Of a DNA stretch of 64,000 nt, positions 1 through 11,820 are shown piece after piece (position 1 is the first letter of the stretch; the number at the start of each line of letters is the position of its first letter). Below the pieces are notes generated by a model that did not search any database, was not told where the DNA came from, and saw only the letters and a program-made list of their open reading frames with translations. Made by a program: the position numbers and the translations under genes. Source of the DNA: an uncultured Trueperaceae bacterium (GTDB taxonomy: Bacteria > Deinococcota > Deinococci > Deinococcales > Trueperaceae); contig CAWFFU010000003.1 of NCBI GenBank assembly GCA_963815215.1, positions 800,001 through 864,000 of the forward strand, read 5' to 3'.

Positions 1-767
1 GAGCCGATCGTGCCCGTCAGCTCACCTACGCCCTGCTGGGCGGACCGGACTGGGACGGCTTCGAACGCTGCCGTCGGCCGCGCCTGAGGTACGCCTCGCT
101 GATGCAGTACGACCGGGACGTCGACGCGCCCTTCGCCTTCGAGCTGCCCGCCGTAGAGCACGCTCTCGGCGAGGTCGTGAGCGAGGCCGGCCTGCGCCAG
201 TACCACACCGCCGAGACCGAGAAGTACGCGCATGTGACCTACTTCTTCAATGCCAAGCGCGAGGACCCGTACCCGGGCGAGGAGCGCAAGCTGGTGCCGT
301 CTCCCAAGGTGGCCACCTACGATCTCCAGCCGCAGATGAGCGCCCCTGAGCTCACCGATGCCACCGTCGCGCGCCTGGAGCAAGCCGATGACGACTTCCT
401 GCTGCTCAACTACGCCAACCCCGACATGGTCGGGCACACCGGCGTGCTGCGCGCCGCCGTCGCAGCGTGCGAGGCCGCCGACACCGGCCTGGGCCGGCTC
501 CTGGAGGCGCTGCTGGCCAAGGGTGGCGCCGCCATCATCCTCGCCGACCACGGCAACGCCGAGGTCATGGCCGAGGCCGACGGCAGCCCCCACACCGCCC
601 ACACCACCAACCCGGTGCCCTGCGTGCTGGTGTGCGACGATCCGGAGCTCCGCGGGCGGACCCTGCGCAGCGGCGGAGTGCTCGGCGACGTCGCTCCCAC
701 CCTGCTCGAGCTCCTCGGCCTCGATCAGCCCGCCGAGATGACCGGCCGCAGCCTGCTCCAGCCCTAG
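1..767 (+). CDS. gpmI: 2,3-bisphosphoglycerate-independent phosphoglycerate mutase (5' truncated by window edge)
   Basis: Frame open from window start (ADRARQ); motifs AETEKYAHVTYFFN, NYANPDMVGHTG, ADHGNAE, HTAHT. Confidence 0.95.
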   Translation, partial: ADRARQLTYALLGGPDWDGFERCRRPRLRYASLMQYDRDVDAPFAFELPAVEHALGEVVSEAGLRQYHTAETEKYAHVTYFFNAKREDPYPGEERKLVPSPKVATYDLQPQMSAPELTDATVARLEQADDDFLLLNYANPDMVGHTGVLRAAVAACEAADTGLGRLLEALLAKGGAAIILADHGNAEVMAEADGSPHTAHTTNPVPCVLVCDDPELRGRTLRSGGVLGDVAPTLLELLGLDQPAEMTGRSLLQP

Positions 768-2038
768 CGCACTTCGGTCGCGCGGACGGCGCGCGGTCGA
801 CCCAACGGCAGGTCGAACAGGGGCACGAGCATCTCGTCGGCTTCGAGCGAACCGTGCATGCCCAGCAACACCGTGCCGGGATCATCGGGCCACACAGACG
901 CGGCGCCGCGCGCCAGCACCACCGCGTCCCCCACCCTGTCGACCGCCTCCGGATGGAGGCGGTCGGGCTCGCCGTACAGGCCCGCCCCGAGCGCCTCGCG
1001 CCCATCGACCACCAGGAAGTCCGGGCCGAGCGCTTCCTCCAGGGCCGCCAGAAGCTCCCGCTTCGCCCCGTGGCGCGCGTAGAGGTAGAGGTGGCGCGCC
1101 TCCCCTCCCGGCGGGTAGGCCAGCAGTGGCCCCACGCCGTCGAGCTCGGAGAGCAGCCTGCGCTCCTCCACCGGCGTCGCAACGAGCCCGTGATCGGCGG
1201 TGACCAGCAGCCGCGGAGCGCAGCCCGGCCACGGCCGCATGCCCTCGAGCCAGGCCTCGAGCGTCGTGAGCATGCCGTCCAACACGCGCTCCCACCCCTC
1301 GGTCCCGGGGCCTTCCCGGTGGCTGACGGTATCGAGGTCGGGTGTGTAGACGTAGGCGAAACCGCGGGGGGTGGACCGGAGGAACCGTTCGGCGGCCTGG
1401 AGCCCCGTCGCGAGATCTGGCAGGCCGCGGGGCGTCGCGCCCCGGAACTGCAGCCGCGACAACGGACTCCTTGCGATCGAAGCGGGCAGGAACGCGGCCG
1501 ACGGCACCCCTCCCCCCTCGAGGACCTCGAACAGCGAGGGCGTCTCCAGGAAGGTCTCGGGGCGCATGCCGGGCCGCTCGAGCCCGCGCTCCTCACCGGG
1601 AACTGTCCAGAACAGCATGTTGCCTACCAGCCCGAGGCGCGGCAGGCGTTGCGTGAAGCCCAGCATGCCGCTCTCCGCCGGCGCCGCGCCATTGCCCAGC
1701 AGCGCAGTGGTGGCCACGCTGGTGGTCGACGGTAGCACCGACGTCAGCGTCGTGGCGCGACCCCCGAAAGCTTCTACCAGTCCCTCGAGGCGGCCGCGGG
1801 GACCGGGTCGGCGCTCCAGGGCGCGCAACCCCAGCCCGTCGATCACCAGCAGCAGCACGTGCGACGCCCCGATGCCGTCGGACCCGCGTGCGGCCGCCAG
1901 CGGCGGCGCGGCCCAGCCGCCGCTCACGCCCAGCAGGCGTCCCACCGTGACCGGAAGGTTGACCAGCGAACCACCCCGGTAGTCGGGAGCCACGAAGGTA
2001 GGCACACGTTGGGCCAGCCGCGCGAGGACCGAGCTCAT
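764..2038 (-). CDS. Alkaline phosphatase superfamily / nucleotide pyrophosphatase-phosphodiesterase family protein
   Basis: LLVIDGLG, SVLPSTT nucleophile loop, DLDTVSH, VTADHG, GMHGS; start chosen 6 nt after a TATCGT -10 box. Confidence 0.8.
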   Translation of the reverse strand: MSSVLARLAQRVPTFVAPDYRGGSLVNLPVTVGRLLGVSGGWAAPPLAAARGSDGIGASHVLLLVIDGLGLRALERRPGPRGRLEGLVEAFGGRATTLTSVLPSTTSVATTALLGNGAAPAESGMLGFTQRLPRLGLVGNMLFWTVPGEERGLERPGMRPETFLETPSLFEVLEGGGVPSAAFLPASIARSPLSRLQFRGATPRGLPDLATGLQAAERFLRSTPRGFAYVYTPDLDTVSHREGPGTEGWERVLDGMLTTLEAWLEGMRPWPGCAPRLLVTADHGLVATPVEERRLLSELDGVGPLLAYPPGGEARHLYLYARHGAKRELLAALEEALGPDFLVVDGREALGAGLYGEPDRLHPEAVDRVGDAVVLARGAASVWPDDPGTVLLGMHGSLEADEMLVPLFDLPLGRPRAVRATEVR

Positions 2039-2094
2039 GCCGCGACGATACTGCGCCGCCCGGCCGGGCGCAGCGCGATCCGCCAACGACGGAA

Positions 2095-2124
2095 GCGGGG
2101 CGGCCCCTTCCGGGGCCGCCCCGC
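2095..2124 (-). terminator. GC hairpin downstream of groEL
   Basis: GCGGGGCGGCCCC-TTCC-GGGGCCGCCCCGC, 13-bp stem, weak U tail. Confidence 0.6.
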
Positions 2125-2168
2125 CAACTCGGCGAGCGCGAGACGCGCTCGTCAACGGTTTGCCTAGC

Positions 2169-3842
<1,674 letters not shown>

Positions 3843-4151
3843 TCACTCGACGACGGCGTGGATGTCGCGCTGACTGAGGATCATCAGCTCCTTGGCGCCG
3901 AGGCTGACCTCGGTGCCACCGTACTTGGCGAACACCACCGTGTCGCCGACCTTCACTTCCATGGGCTCGCGCTCACCGCTGTCGAGCACCTTGCCCGGGC
4001 CGACGGCCAGGACCTTGCCGCGCTGGCTCTTCTCCTTCGCCGTATCGGGAAGGACGATCCCGCTCGCCGTGGTCTGAGGCTCGTCGATCACCTCGACGAC
4101 GACCTTGTCACCGAGCGGCTTCAATGTCATCTTCTCCTCGGTCACTGCCAT
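3843..4151 (-). CDS. groS: Co-chaperonin GroES
   Basis: [31 protein letters not shown]. Confidence 0.99.
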   Translation of the reverse strand: MAVTEEKMTLKPLGDKVVVEVIDEPQTTASGIVLPDTAKEKSQRGKVLAVGPGKVLDSGEREPMEVKVGDTVVFAKYGGTEVSLGAKELMILSQRDIHAVVE

Positions 4152-4202
4152 AGTTTCCTCCGTGTCGGATAAGGTTCCCTTGTGGGTTGGGTCTCCATGA
4201 GA

Positions 4203-4229
4203 TTAGCACTCACGCGGCGTGAGTGCTAA
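4203..4229. promoter_or_regulatory. CIRCE operator (HrcA site)
   Basis: Exact TTAGCACTC-N9-GAGTGCTAA upstream of groES. Confidence 0.97.
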
Positions 4230-4237
4230 CTGCGGAC

Positions 4238-4266
4238 ATCGTATCCGCGCGGATACCCGTTGTCAA
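4238..4266 (-). promoter_or_regulatory. Sigma70-type promoter of groESL
   Basis: TTGACA-17 nt-TACGAT on the minus strand, immediately upstream of CIRCE. Confidence 0.85.
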
Positions 4267-4416
4267 GGACCTTGAGCGCCTGGCACTCAGGTTTTCCGCA
4301 CCGTCCCACCCTACCGTTTCGCGCTCCGCGGCACAAGGCCATCGGCGACAACGCCGCTCGCCCCGGCGTGGCGCCCGGTCGCGGACCGCCGACGCAGTCC
4401 TGGCGGGGAGCGCCGC

Positions 4417-4746
4417 TCAGCCGCGCTTCAGGCCCCACACCAAGGCAGGCACGAACGCCGCGGCGAAGGCGATGTTGTACGTCAGCAACGACAGGACCGT
4501 GTGCCACGCGCCACCCAGCGCGTTCGGCGTCAGCATGGGGTCGACGCTGCTCTGCACCACACCCCAGTTGATCGAGATGAAGCCGTAATAGGCCAGCACC
4601 TGCACCACCACGAACAGGAGGCCGACGGCGACTGCCATCAGTTTGCCGACCTTCTTCAGCGCGAAGCCCGCGGCGAAGCCGGCCACCGCGCCGAACCCCA
4701 GCTGCCCCACGAACGGGAACACGGTCTGCAGATCCGGGCTCTGCAC
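4417..4746 (-). CDS. FUN14-family small membrane protein
   Basis: QLGFGAVAGFAAGFALKKVGK...YYGFISINW pattern; GTG 6 nt after TACGCT. Confidence 0.8.
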   Translation of the reverse strand: MQSPDLQTVFPFVGQLGFGAVAGFAAGFALKKVGKLMAVAVGLLFVVVQVLAYYGFISINWGVVQSSVDPMLTPNALGGAWHTVLSLLTYNIAFAAAFVPALVWGLKRG

Positions 4747-4821
4747 GGCCCGAGCGTAGCACGACCCGCGGCGGCGCGGGGACGGCGGGGACGGGGCGGA
4801 GGCCTGAGGTAAGATGGCCGC

Positions 4822-5775
4822 GTGAGCCTGTACATCGCCCCGCCGATCCGAGAGGCCCTGCACGCCGGGCAACCCGTGGTGGCCCTGGAGTCCACGGTAG
4901 TGACGCACGGCCTGCCGCGCCCTCGGAACCTCGCCCTCGCCCGCCGCCTGGAGCAGGTCGTCCGGCAGGCGGGCGCGACACCGGCGACGGTCGCCGTGGT
5001 GGACGGCGAGCTCGTGGTGGGGATCGACGACGCGGCCCTGGAGCGCCTGGCGCACGATGACGCCGCCGACAAGGCCTCGCTCTGGAACCTCGCCGCCCTG
5101 GTCGGGCGCGGAGCCAGCGCCGGGACCACCGTCGCCGTCACCGTCTACGCCGCCGCCCGCGCCGGTATCCCGGTGTTCGCCACCGGGGGCATCGGCGGCG
5201 TTCACGAGCAACCGTTCGATGAGTCCGCCGATCTCGGCGCCCTCGCCCGCTACCCGGTCCTGACGGTGTGCGCCGGGCCCAAGAGCATCCTGGACGCGGC
5301 GGCCACGCTGGAGCGCCTCGAGAGCCTCGGCGTCCCCGTGGTGGGGTTCCGCTCCGCGAGGCTGGCGGGCTTCGTCGTCTCCGAGGTCGACCTCCCCTTG
5401 CCCGCGCGGGTGGACACGCCCCGCGAGGCCGCCCACGTGCTGCTCGCCCAGCGCGCGCTCCACCTCGGGGCCGGCGTGGTGCTCAGCAATCCGGTGTCGG
5501 ACGGCCTCGAAGCGGCCGACTTCGCGCTCTGGCTGGACCAGGCGCGCGAAGATCTGCGGGCCAGCGGCATCCGCGGGCGCGCCACTACGCCGTACCTGCT
5601 GGCGCGTCTGGCGGAGCTGTCGGGGGGCGCGACGCTCGAGGTCAACCTGCGGCTGCTGGAGGAGAACGCCCGCCTGGCCGCGGCCGTGGCCGTGGAGCTG
5701 TCTCGAGTGGAGACGTCCGGCCCCGCCGCACCGACGCCTGCCGCAGGCGTCGGTGCCTCGGGAGGATTCGCATGA
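4822..5775 (+). CDS. psuG: Pseudouridine-5'-phosphate glycosidase
   Basis: PVVALESTVVTHGLP, GTTVA, FATGGIGGVH, DESADL, GPKSILD, TPYLL. Confidence 0.92.
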   Translation: MSLYIAPPIREALHAGQPVVALESTVVTHGLPRPRNLALARRLEQVVRQAGATPATVAVVDGELVVGIDDAALERLAHDDAADKASLWNLAALVGRGASAGTTVAVTVYAAARAGIPVFATGGIGGVHEQPFDESADLGALARYPVLTVCAGPKSILDAAATLERLESLGVPVVGFRSARLAGFVVSEVDLPLPARVDTPREAAHVLLAQRALHLGAGVVLSNPVSDGLEAADFALWLDQAREDLRASGIRGRATTPYLLARLAELSGGATLEVNLRLLEENARLAAAVAVELSRVETSGPAAPTPAAGVGASGGFA

Positions 5776-6947
5776 GCGAGCGCGATGTCAACGCTCAGAG
5801 CGCAGTCCCTGGGAGCGAACGTCCTCCGGGCGGCCGCCCCCAGGGACTGGGCGACATGCTGGTGGAGGCCCGCCAACGCAAGGCGTTGGAGCTCTCCGAC
5901 GTCGCCGAGCTGACGCACGTCCGGCTGGAGTACCTGCGGGCGCTCGAGGAGGGGCGTTACCAGGATCTTCCGGAGGACGTCTACAGTCGCAACTACGTCA
6001 AACTCTACGCCCAGGCCGTGGGCCTCGACGAGGCGGCGGTGCTCGACAGTTACGGCCGCGAACGCCGGCGTGCGGTGGGCATGTCTACCCTGGAGCAGCG
6101 CCTCGAGCAGGAGCGCCGCGGCGAAGTCCCGGCCCGAGACCGACGCCCGGGCTTGCCGTTCGGCACCCTGCTACCCACGTTGCTGCTGGTGGTGGTGCTG
6201 GTGGGGCTGGCGGTGTGGGGCTTCAACAGTCTGCTGTTCCGCCCCACGCGCCCTCCGGCCGTCACTCTGGGTGCCAACGGGCCGACGTCGACGACGTCCG
6301 CGCCGAACGGCGCCGGCTCCGGCGCTCCGGCCGGCACGAGCTCCGGCGGCGCCTCCACTCCGGCGGGCGCGAGTACTGGCGCCGGCTCCACGCCGGCTGG
6401 CGTGGTAGGAGATGCCGTCCAGTCCCGCACCGTCCAGGTCACCATCGACACCCAGCCGCCCGGTGCCAGCGTCAGCATCGACGGCTTCGCGCTCCCCGGC
6501 ACCACGCCCATCCGGGACGCTCCGGTGACCGCTCGGGAGGGCCGGCAGGTCGAGATCACCCTCCCCGGCTACCAGCCCGAGGTGACGACGGTGAACCTCA
6601 CGCGTGACCGGTCGCTGAGCTACACGTTGACGCCTACGCCGCAGGCACAGGCACCTGCGCCGGGACCATCGGGCGCCTCCGTCACACCGACGTCGGTCGG
6701 ACCCAAGCAGATCGGGATCAACATCACGGCCCGCACCTGGCTCGAGGTCTACCAGAGCACCACCCGCAACCAGGGCAACCGGTTGGTCTACGCCACGGTG
6801 GACGCCGGTCAACACTACGTCTTCGATCTCCCCGTCTACCTCCACGTCGGCAACGCCGCCGGCGTGGACGTGGTTCTCCGCGGTCAGGACCTCGGCGCCA
6901 TGGGCTCGCCGGGCGCGGTCGTGAGCCGCGCCTTCCCGGCACCGTGA
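5772..6947 (+). CDS. rodZ: RodZ-like protein (N-terminal HTH, TM helix, PEGA-like domain, DUF4115-like C terminus)
   Basis: LGDMLVEARQRKAL...YLRALEEG...YVKLYAQAVGLD; one TM helix; VGNAAGV motif; ATGA overlap with psuG. Confidence 0.8.
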   Translation: MSERDVNAQSAVPGSERPPGGRPQGLGDMLVEARQRKALELSDVAELTHVRLEYLRALEEGRYQDLPEDVYSRNYVKLYAQAVGLDEAAVLDSYGRERRRAVGMSTLEQRLEQERRGEVPARDRRPGLPFGTLLPTLLLVVVLVGLAVWGFNSLLFRPTRPPAVTLGANGPTSTTSAPNGAGSGAPAGTSSGGASTPAGASTGAGSTPAGVVGDAVQSRTVQVTIDTQPPGASVSIDGFALPGTTPIRDAPVTAREGRQVEITLPGYQPEVTTVNLTRDRSLSYTLTPTPQAQAPAPGPSGASVTPTSVGPKQIGINITARTWLEVYQSTTRNQGNRLVYATVDAGQHYVFDLPVYLHVGNAAGVDVVLRGQDLGAMGSPGAVVSRAFPAP

Positions 6948-6954
6948 TGACGCC

Positions 6955-8766
6955 GTGATCTCCTCCGCCCTGTCGCCGTCAGCAGGCCGCTGGCGCCGTC
7001 TCGCGGTGATCCTGTTGGCCGTGCTGGCGGGCGTTGGCGCGGCCCAGAGCTACCGTTGGCACGACGTCGTTCAGGACGTCACCCTGCAGCCCGACGGCGC
7101 CGTGGTGGTGCGCGACACCCGCACGCTCAGCACCAGCGGGGACTTCGGGGAGGCGTTCATCTGCGTCGGGCACGGGCGCGCGCAGACGGTGACGATGCTT
7201 CCCGGCACGGAGGCGCTGGGCTCCGGCCCGGAGGCGCGCGCCTACAGCCAACCCTGCGACGGTGGCACCGAAGTGGTCGTGCACATGAGCAGCCGCATCT
7301 CCGAGCGCCGGGTGCGTTTCGTCTACCGCGTGAGCGGCAGCATGGACGCCTATAGCGACGTGGTGCAGTGGTACTGGAACCTCGTGCAGCTCGACCACCC
7401 CACGATCCTCGGCTACCACCTGACGGTGCACGCCCCGGGTCCGATGGCCGCGCCTTACGACGCCTACGTCCATCGCTACGCCAACCCCGAGACACCCACC
7501 GTGAGCCTGTCGGACGATCGCAGCACCCTGAGCGTCGCCTTCGACCGCATCCCCAGCGGTGACGGCGTCGAGGTGCGTTACCTGATGGATCCCGCGCTGT
7601 TCACGCTGCAAGGCTCGGCCCCCGGCATGAAGCGGCTGCTGCAGGACGAGACCCGCATCGTCGGCGCGCAGCGCCGCCAGCGTGCGCTCGAGCGCGTCCG
7701 CTCCAGCGCGCTCTGGGGGTTGGTACCTCTCGCCGTGCTGCTGTGGCTGGGCAGCGGCGTGTGGCGCGATTATCGCCGGTACGGCCGTGAGCCACGGGTG
7801 GCCTCGATGAAGTACCCGTTCGAACCTCCCAGCGACCTGCCGCCCGCGGCGGTCTGCGCGATCCGCATGCAGACGTTCAACGCCTCGTCGATGGGTCCCG
7901 CCTTCTTCGCCACCATCATGGACCTGGCGCGCCGCGGCTACGGCTCGTTCACCCCGAAGGGCAGGCGCTTCGAGATGCGTCTCGATCCGACCAAGTCGAC
8001 CGACGGGCTCGAGCCGTTCGAGCGCGACGTGCTGGGTTACCTGCAGAGCGCCGCCAAGACCCACCGTCGGGGCGACCCGGACTATCTCGAGTTCAACGAG
8101 CTCAAGGCTTACTCCAAGCGCCACGGGCAGACCTTCGTGCGCGCTTGGGGGCCGAAGGTGCGCGATTGGCTGGAGACGCGGCGCGGAGGACCGCTCGTCA
8201 GCGCGCAGAGCCGACGGGCGACGCGCCGCTGGAGCGTCTTGGCGATCCTGATGGCGGCCCTGTTGGGTGGCGGCGCGTTCCTCGCCCACGGCACCGCGCG
8301 CGGCCTGTTCATCGCCGGAGCCGCGCTGGCCGTGGGCCTGGCCATCACGGCGGTCGCCAGCCTGCCGGCCTGGCGCGAGGAGGTCGCACCCGAGATCTAC
8401 GGCTGGAACGGCTTCAAGCGCACGCTGACCGACTACACACGCATGAAGGACGCTCCGCTCGACTTCTTCGGGCTGTGGGACGTCTACTACTGCTACGCTG
8501 CCGCGCTCGGCGTATCCGCCCGCTACCTCAAGACGCTCGCTCGCGCCGCGCCGCTGGCGGGCGCCGATCAGGGCGCCATGGTGAGCCGCGGCGCCTGGCT
8601 CGGCGCCCACGCCGGAAGCGGCATCACCGATCTGGCCTCCATGTCGGCACAGATCCAATCGCTCTCCAGCGCGCTGGCGTCGGCGTCGGCATCGGCGTCG
8701 TCGGGCGGCTCGTCCTCCGGCGGGGGCGGCGGTGGCGGGGGTGGCGGCAGCTCGGGCGGACGCTGA
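6955..8766 (+). CDS. DUF2207-family membrane protein
   Basis: Signal peptide, VTLQPDG, YWNL, PPSDLPPA, ATIMDLARRG, YAAALGV, Ser/Gly tail. Confidence 0.85.
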   Translation: MISSALSPSAGRWRRLAVILLAVLAGVGAAQSYRWHDVVQDVTLQPDGAVVVRDTRTLSTSGDFGEAFICVGHGRAQTVTMLPGTEALGSGPEARAYSQPCDGGTEVVVHMSSRISERRVRFVYRVSGSMDAYSDVVQWYWNLVQLDHPTILGYHLTVHAPGPMAAPYDAYVHRYANPETPTVSLSDDRSTLSVAFDRIPSGDGVEVRYLMDPALFTLQGSAPGMKRLLQDETRIVGAQRRQRALERVRSSALWGLVPLAVLLWLGSGVWRDYRRYGREPRVASMKYPFEPPSDLPPAAVCAIRMQTFNASSMGPAFFATIMDLARRGYGSFTPKGRRFEMRLDPTKSTDGLEPFERDVLGYLQSAAKTHRRGDPDYLEFNELKAYSKRHGQTFVRAWGPKVRDWLETRRGGPLVSAQSRRATRRWSVLAILMAALLGGGAFLAHGTARGLFIAGAALAVGLAITAVASLPAWREEVAPEIYGWNGFKRTLTDYTRMKDAPLDFFGLWDVYYCYAAALGVSARYLKTLARAAPLAGADQGAMVSRGAWLGAHAGSGITDLASMSAQIQSLSSALASASASASSGGSSSGGGGGGGGGGSSGGR

Positions 8767-8875
8767 CGCCGAGCCGATCCTCCGGCCCGGCGCCGTGAGG
8801 GTCCCGAGCACCGTCGCGGTAGGATCGTCGGCGTGCCGCCCGGCGCGGAGCCCGGTGGCACGGAAGGAGACCGAC

Positions 8876-9286
8876 ATGAGCGCAAGTCGAAGCGTGCGCA
8901 GCGCCGGCCTGGGGCCGCGCGCCACCGCCGTGTGGGGCGCCTCGCTGGCCGGGCTCGCGGTGGTGTTCGGGGCGTTCGGCGTGCATGCGCTCGCTCCGCT
9001 GCTGGGTACCGAGCGCATGGGCGTGTGGGAGACGGCGGTTCGGTTCCAGATGTACCACGCGCTGGGGTTGTTGCTGATCGCTGCTCTGCCCCGCAGCAGT
9101 CGGCTGGCAGCGCTCTTGCTGCTGGTGGGCTCGCTGATCTTCTCCGGCAGCCTGTACTTGCTGGTGCTGACCGGCGTCACCGTGCTGGGCGCCGTCACAC
9201 CGCTCGGGGGCCTGTTGCAGATCGTGGGCTGGGCGCTCCTGGCCGTGAGCCTGGCACGCCGCTCGGACGACGCGGCGGCCGGCTGA
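8876..9286 (+). CDS. DUF423 (YgdD/TMEM256) membrane protein
   Basis: GAFGVHAL, WETAVRFQMYHAL, FSGSLY, GAVTPLGG. Confidence 0.92.
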   Translation: MSASRSVRSAGLGPRATAVWGASLAGLAVVFGAFGVHALAPLLGTERMGVWETAVRFQMYHALGLLLIAALPRSSRLAALLLLVGSLIFSGSLYLLVLTGVTVLGAVTPLGGLLQIVGWALLAVSLARRSDDAAAG

Positions 9287-9306
9287 GGGACGCCTCCGGG
9301 CGCGCC

Positions 9307-10662
9307 TCAGCCGGCCGCCGGCGGCAGCGTGGCCTCGGCCGCCTCGAGCGTCGCGCCCAGGACGATGCTGCGGTAGACGTCGAAGGAGCGCTTGGGGGTA
9401 CGGCTCTGCGTGGCGCGATCGAGGTGCACCAGCCCGAAGCGCTTGCTGAACCCCTCGGCCCACTCGAAGTTGTCCACCAGCGTCCAGGCGAAGTAGCCGC
9501 GAACGTCACAGCCGGCCTCCAGCGCCGCCTGCAGCGCGCGGAGGTGGCGGACCAGATAGCGGGCGCGCGCCTCGTCCTCCACCCGTCCCTCCGCGTCGGG
9601 AACGTCCTGGAAGGCCGCGCCGTTCTCGGTGATCACGACCGGAGGATTGCCATAGCGGTCCCGAAGCTCGGCCAGCTGCCCGACCAGCGCATCGGGCGCG
9701 ACCTCCCAGCCCATGGCGGTGGTCTCGGCACCGGCAGGCGGATCGACCTGCTCGAGCCCTACCAGGCTCGCCTCGCTGGCACGCACCCAGGCGCGGCTGT
9801 AGAAGTTGACACCCAGTACGTCGATCGGCTGCTGGATGAGGCGGATGTCGTCGGGGTCGGCGATCCCATCGAGCAACCAGGCGGCCGCCTCCGGGTAGCT
9901 CCCCAGCAGGAGCGGATCGAGGGTCGTCCGGTTCCACACGGCGTCGAGCAGCGCCGCGGCGCGCTCGTGCTCCTCTCCGTCCTCCGCCGGCAGCACCGGC
10001 TGCAGGTTCACGATGGTCCCCAGGGTGAACGCGGCGTCGACGTCGCGCAGCCGCGCCAGGCCCGCTCCGGCCGCCAGGTTCTGGTGGTGGAGGGCCGCCG
10101 CGAACGCCGCCGGATCGCTCACGCCGGGCGCGTGGACGCCGAGCAGGTGCCCGAGCACCGCGTGGACGTTGGGCTCGTTGAGCATCAGCAGGTGACGGAC
10201 CCGATCGCCGAGATGCTCGGCCACCGCCGCAGCGTAGTCGACGAAGTAGTGCACCGTGTCGCGCGCCGCCCAGCCCCCGCGATCCTGCAACGCCTGAGGC
10301 AGATCCCAATGGTACAGACACAGCCACGGCTCGATGCCGCGCGCCAGCAGACCATCCACCAGGCGCTCGTAGGGGTCGAGCCCGGCCCGCCTCAGGCGCC
10401 CGCTCCCGTCCGGGAACAGGCGCGTCCAAGCGGTCGAGAACCGGTAGGCACCCACCCCGAGCCGGGCCATCAGGTCGAGGTCCTCATCGAGACGCGCCAG
10501 ATGGTCGCAGGCGTCGTCGCCGTTACTGCCGTCGACGATGCGACCGGGAACGTGCGCGAAGGTGTCCCAGATGCTCAGGCCCTTGCCGTCGCCCACCGCA
10601 CCCTCGATCTGGTAAGCGGCGGTCGACACGCCCCAAGTGAACTCGGACGGGAATGTTGCCAC
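9307..10662 (-). CDS. GH1 beta-glucosidase
   Basis: FTWGVSTAAYQIEG, LYHWDLP, catalytic NEP and TENG, DNFEWAEG. Confidence 0.95.
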   Translation of the reverse strand: MATFPSEFTWGVSTAAYQIEGAVGDGKGLSIWDTFAHVPGRIVDGSNGDDACDHLARLDEDLDLMARLGVGAYRFSTAWTRLFPDGSGRLRRAGLDPYERLVDGLLARGIEPWLCLYHWDLPQALQDRGGWAARDTVHYFVDYAAAVAEHLGDRVRHLLMLNEPNVHAVLGHLLGVHAPGVSDPAAFAAALHHQNLAAGAGLARLRDVDAAFTLGTIVNLQPVLPAEDGEEHERAAALLDAVWNRTTLDPLLLGSYPEAAAWLLDGIADPDDIRLIQQPIDVLGVNFYSRAWVRASEASLVGLEQVDPPAGAETTAMGWEVAPDALVGQLAELRDRYGNPPVVITENGAAFQDVPDAEGRVEDEARARYLVRHLRALQAALEAGCDVRGYFAWTLVDNFEWAEGFSKRFGLVHLDRATQSRTPKRSFDVYRSIVLGATLEAAEATLPPAAG

Positions 10663-10781
10663 GCGGCCCCCTCTCGTCGAGCGACCACCCCACTGTACCA
10701 GCGCTGCGGGCCTCGGGCCGACGCGCGGAACGGCGACCTGGAGGGCGCGGGCCGCCACCGGCGCGGGGTACGATGGCGCCC

Positions 10782-11693
10782 ATGGCGCCGCCTCGAACCA
10801 CCCGCGTGTCGCTGGTGCTGGCGGTCGCGATCGCCGCGGTCAGCCTGGCCGCGGTTTTCATCCGGTTGGCCGACGCTCCGGGCGTGGTGATCGCTCTGTA
10901 CCGGATGGTCCTCGCTTCGGTGGTGATGGTGCCGCTGGCGGTTCGCGGACTCCGACGCACCCCGCTCACCGGCCGCCCCCTGCTGTGGACGGCGGCGGCC
11001 GGCGTGCTGCTCGGCATCCACTTCGCCACCTGGATCACCTCGCTGAACCTCACCTCGGTGGCGGCCAGCGTCACCCTTGTCACCACCTCGCCGCTATGGG
11101 TGGCGCTGTTCGCCTGGCTGTTCAGCGGTCGGGCTCCCAGCTTCTCGGTCCTGATCGGTGTGGTGCTCGCCGTTGGCGGTGCCGCCGTCATCGGCTTCGG
11201 CGACCTCGGCGGGGGGACCGCGCCGCTGCTGGGCGACGGTCTGGCGCTGGTCGGCGCGGCCAGCGCGGCGGGCTACCTGCTGCTCGGACGCACGGTGCAG
11301 CGCTCGGGCGTGGGGCTCGACGTCTACGCCGGCGTCGCCTACGCCGTGGCCGCGCTGGTCCTGTTGCCCCTGCCCGCCCTCCTGGCCGTGCCGTACTTCG
11401 GCTACTCGACGTCCAGCCTGGCGTGGATCGCGCTGCTCGCGCTGGTACCGCAACTGGTCGGGCACAACGGAATCAACTACGCCATGCGGCACCTCGACCC
11501 CACGCTCGTGGCGACCACCACCCTGCTCGAGCCGGTGGGGTCCACCCTGCTCGCCTTGGCCGTCTTCGGAGAGGTTCCCTCGGCGTTGACGTTGGTCGGC
11601 GCCGGCATCCTGCTGGCCGGCGTGGTGTTCACCGTGCGCTCCAACGAGCACCCCGCCGGCGACGCGATCCCACCGGAGATCCCGGGGGTCTGA
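10782..11693 (+). CDS. DMT/EamA family transporter
   Basis: About 10 hydrophobic helices in two EamA repeats (HFATWITSL, GDGLAL, LLEPV); alternative start at 10773. Confidence 0.9.
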   Translation: MAPPRTTRVSLVLAVAIAAVSLAAVFIRLADAPGVVIALYRMVLASVVMVPLAVRGLRRTPLTGRPLLWTAAAGVLLGIHFATWITSLNLTSVAASVTLVTTSPLWVALFAWLFSGRAPSFSVLIGVVLAVGGAAVIGFGDLGGGTAPLLGDGLALVGAASAAGYLLLGRTVQRSGVGLDVYAGVAYAVAALVLLPLPALLAVPYFGYSTSSLAWIALLALVPQLVGHNGINYAMRHLDPTLVATTTLLEPVGSTLLALAVFGEVPSALTLVGAGILLAGVVFTVRSNEHPAGDAIPPEIPGV

Positions 11694-11820
11694 GACCGGC
11701 GCCCGGCGCCCCCGGGCGAGACCCGCCCCTGCGGCCGGATTCCCGTCCATGACGTATCTTCTCGACGGATCGGGAAGCTCCTGTCGGATCCTTGGACCCC
11801 ATGCAAGACCCCCTCGAATC

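Noticed and set aside
8670..8766. Ser/Ala/Gly low-complexity repeats
   Set aside because: Normal C-terminal tail of the DUF2207 family.
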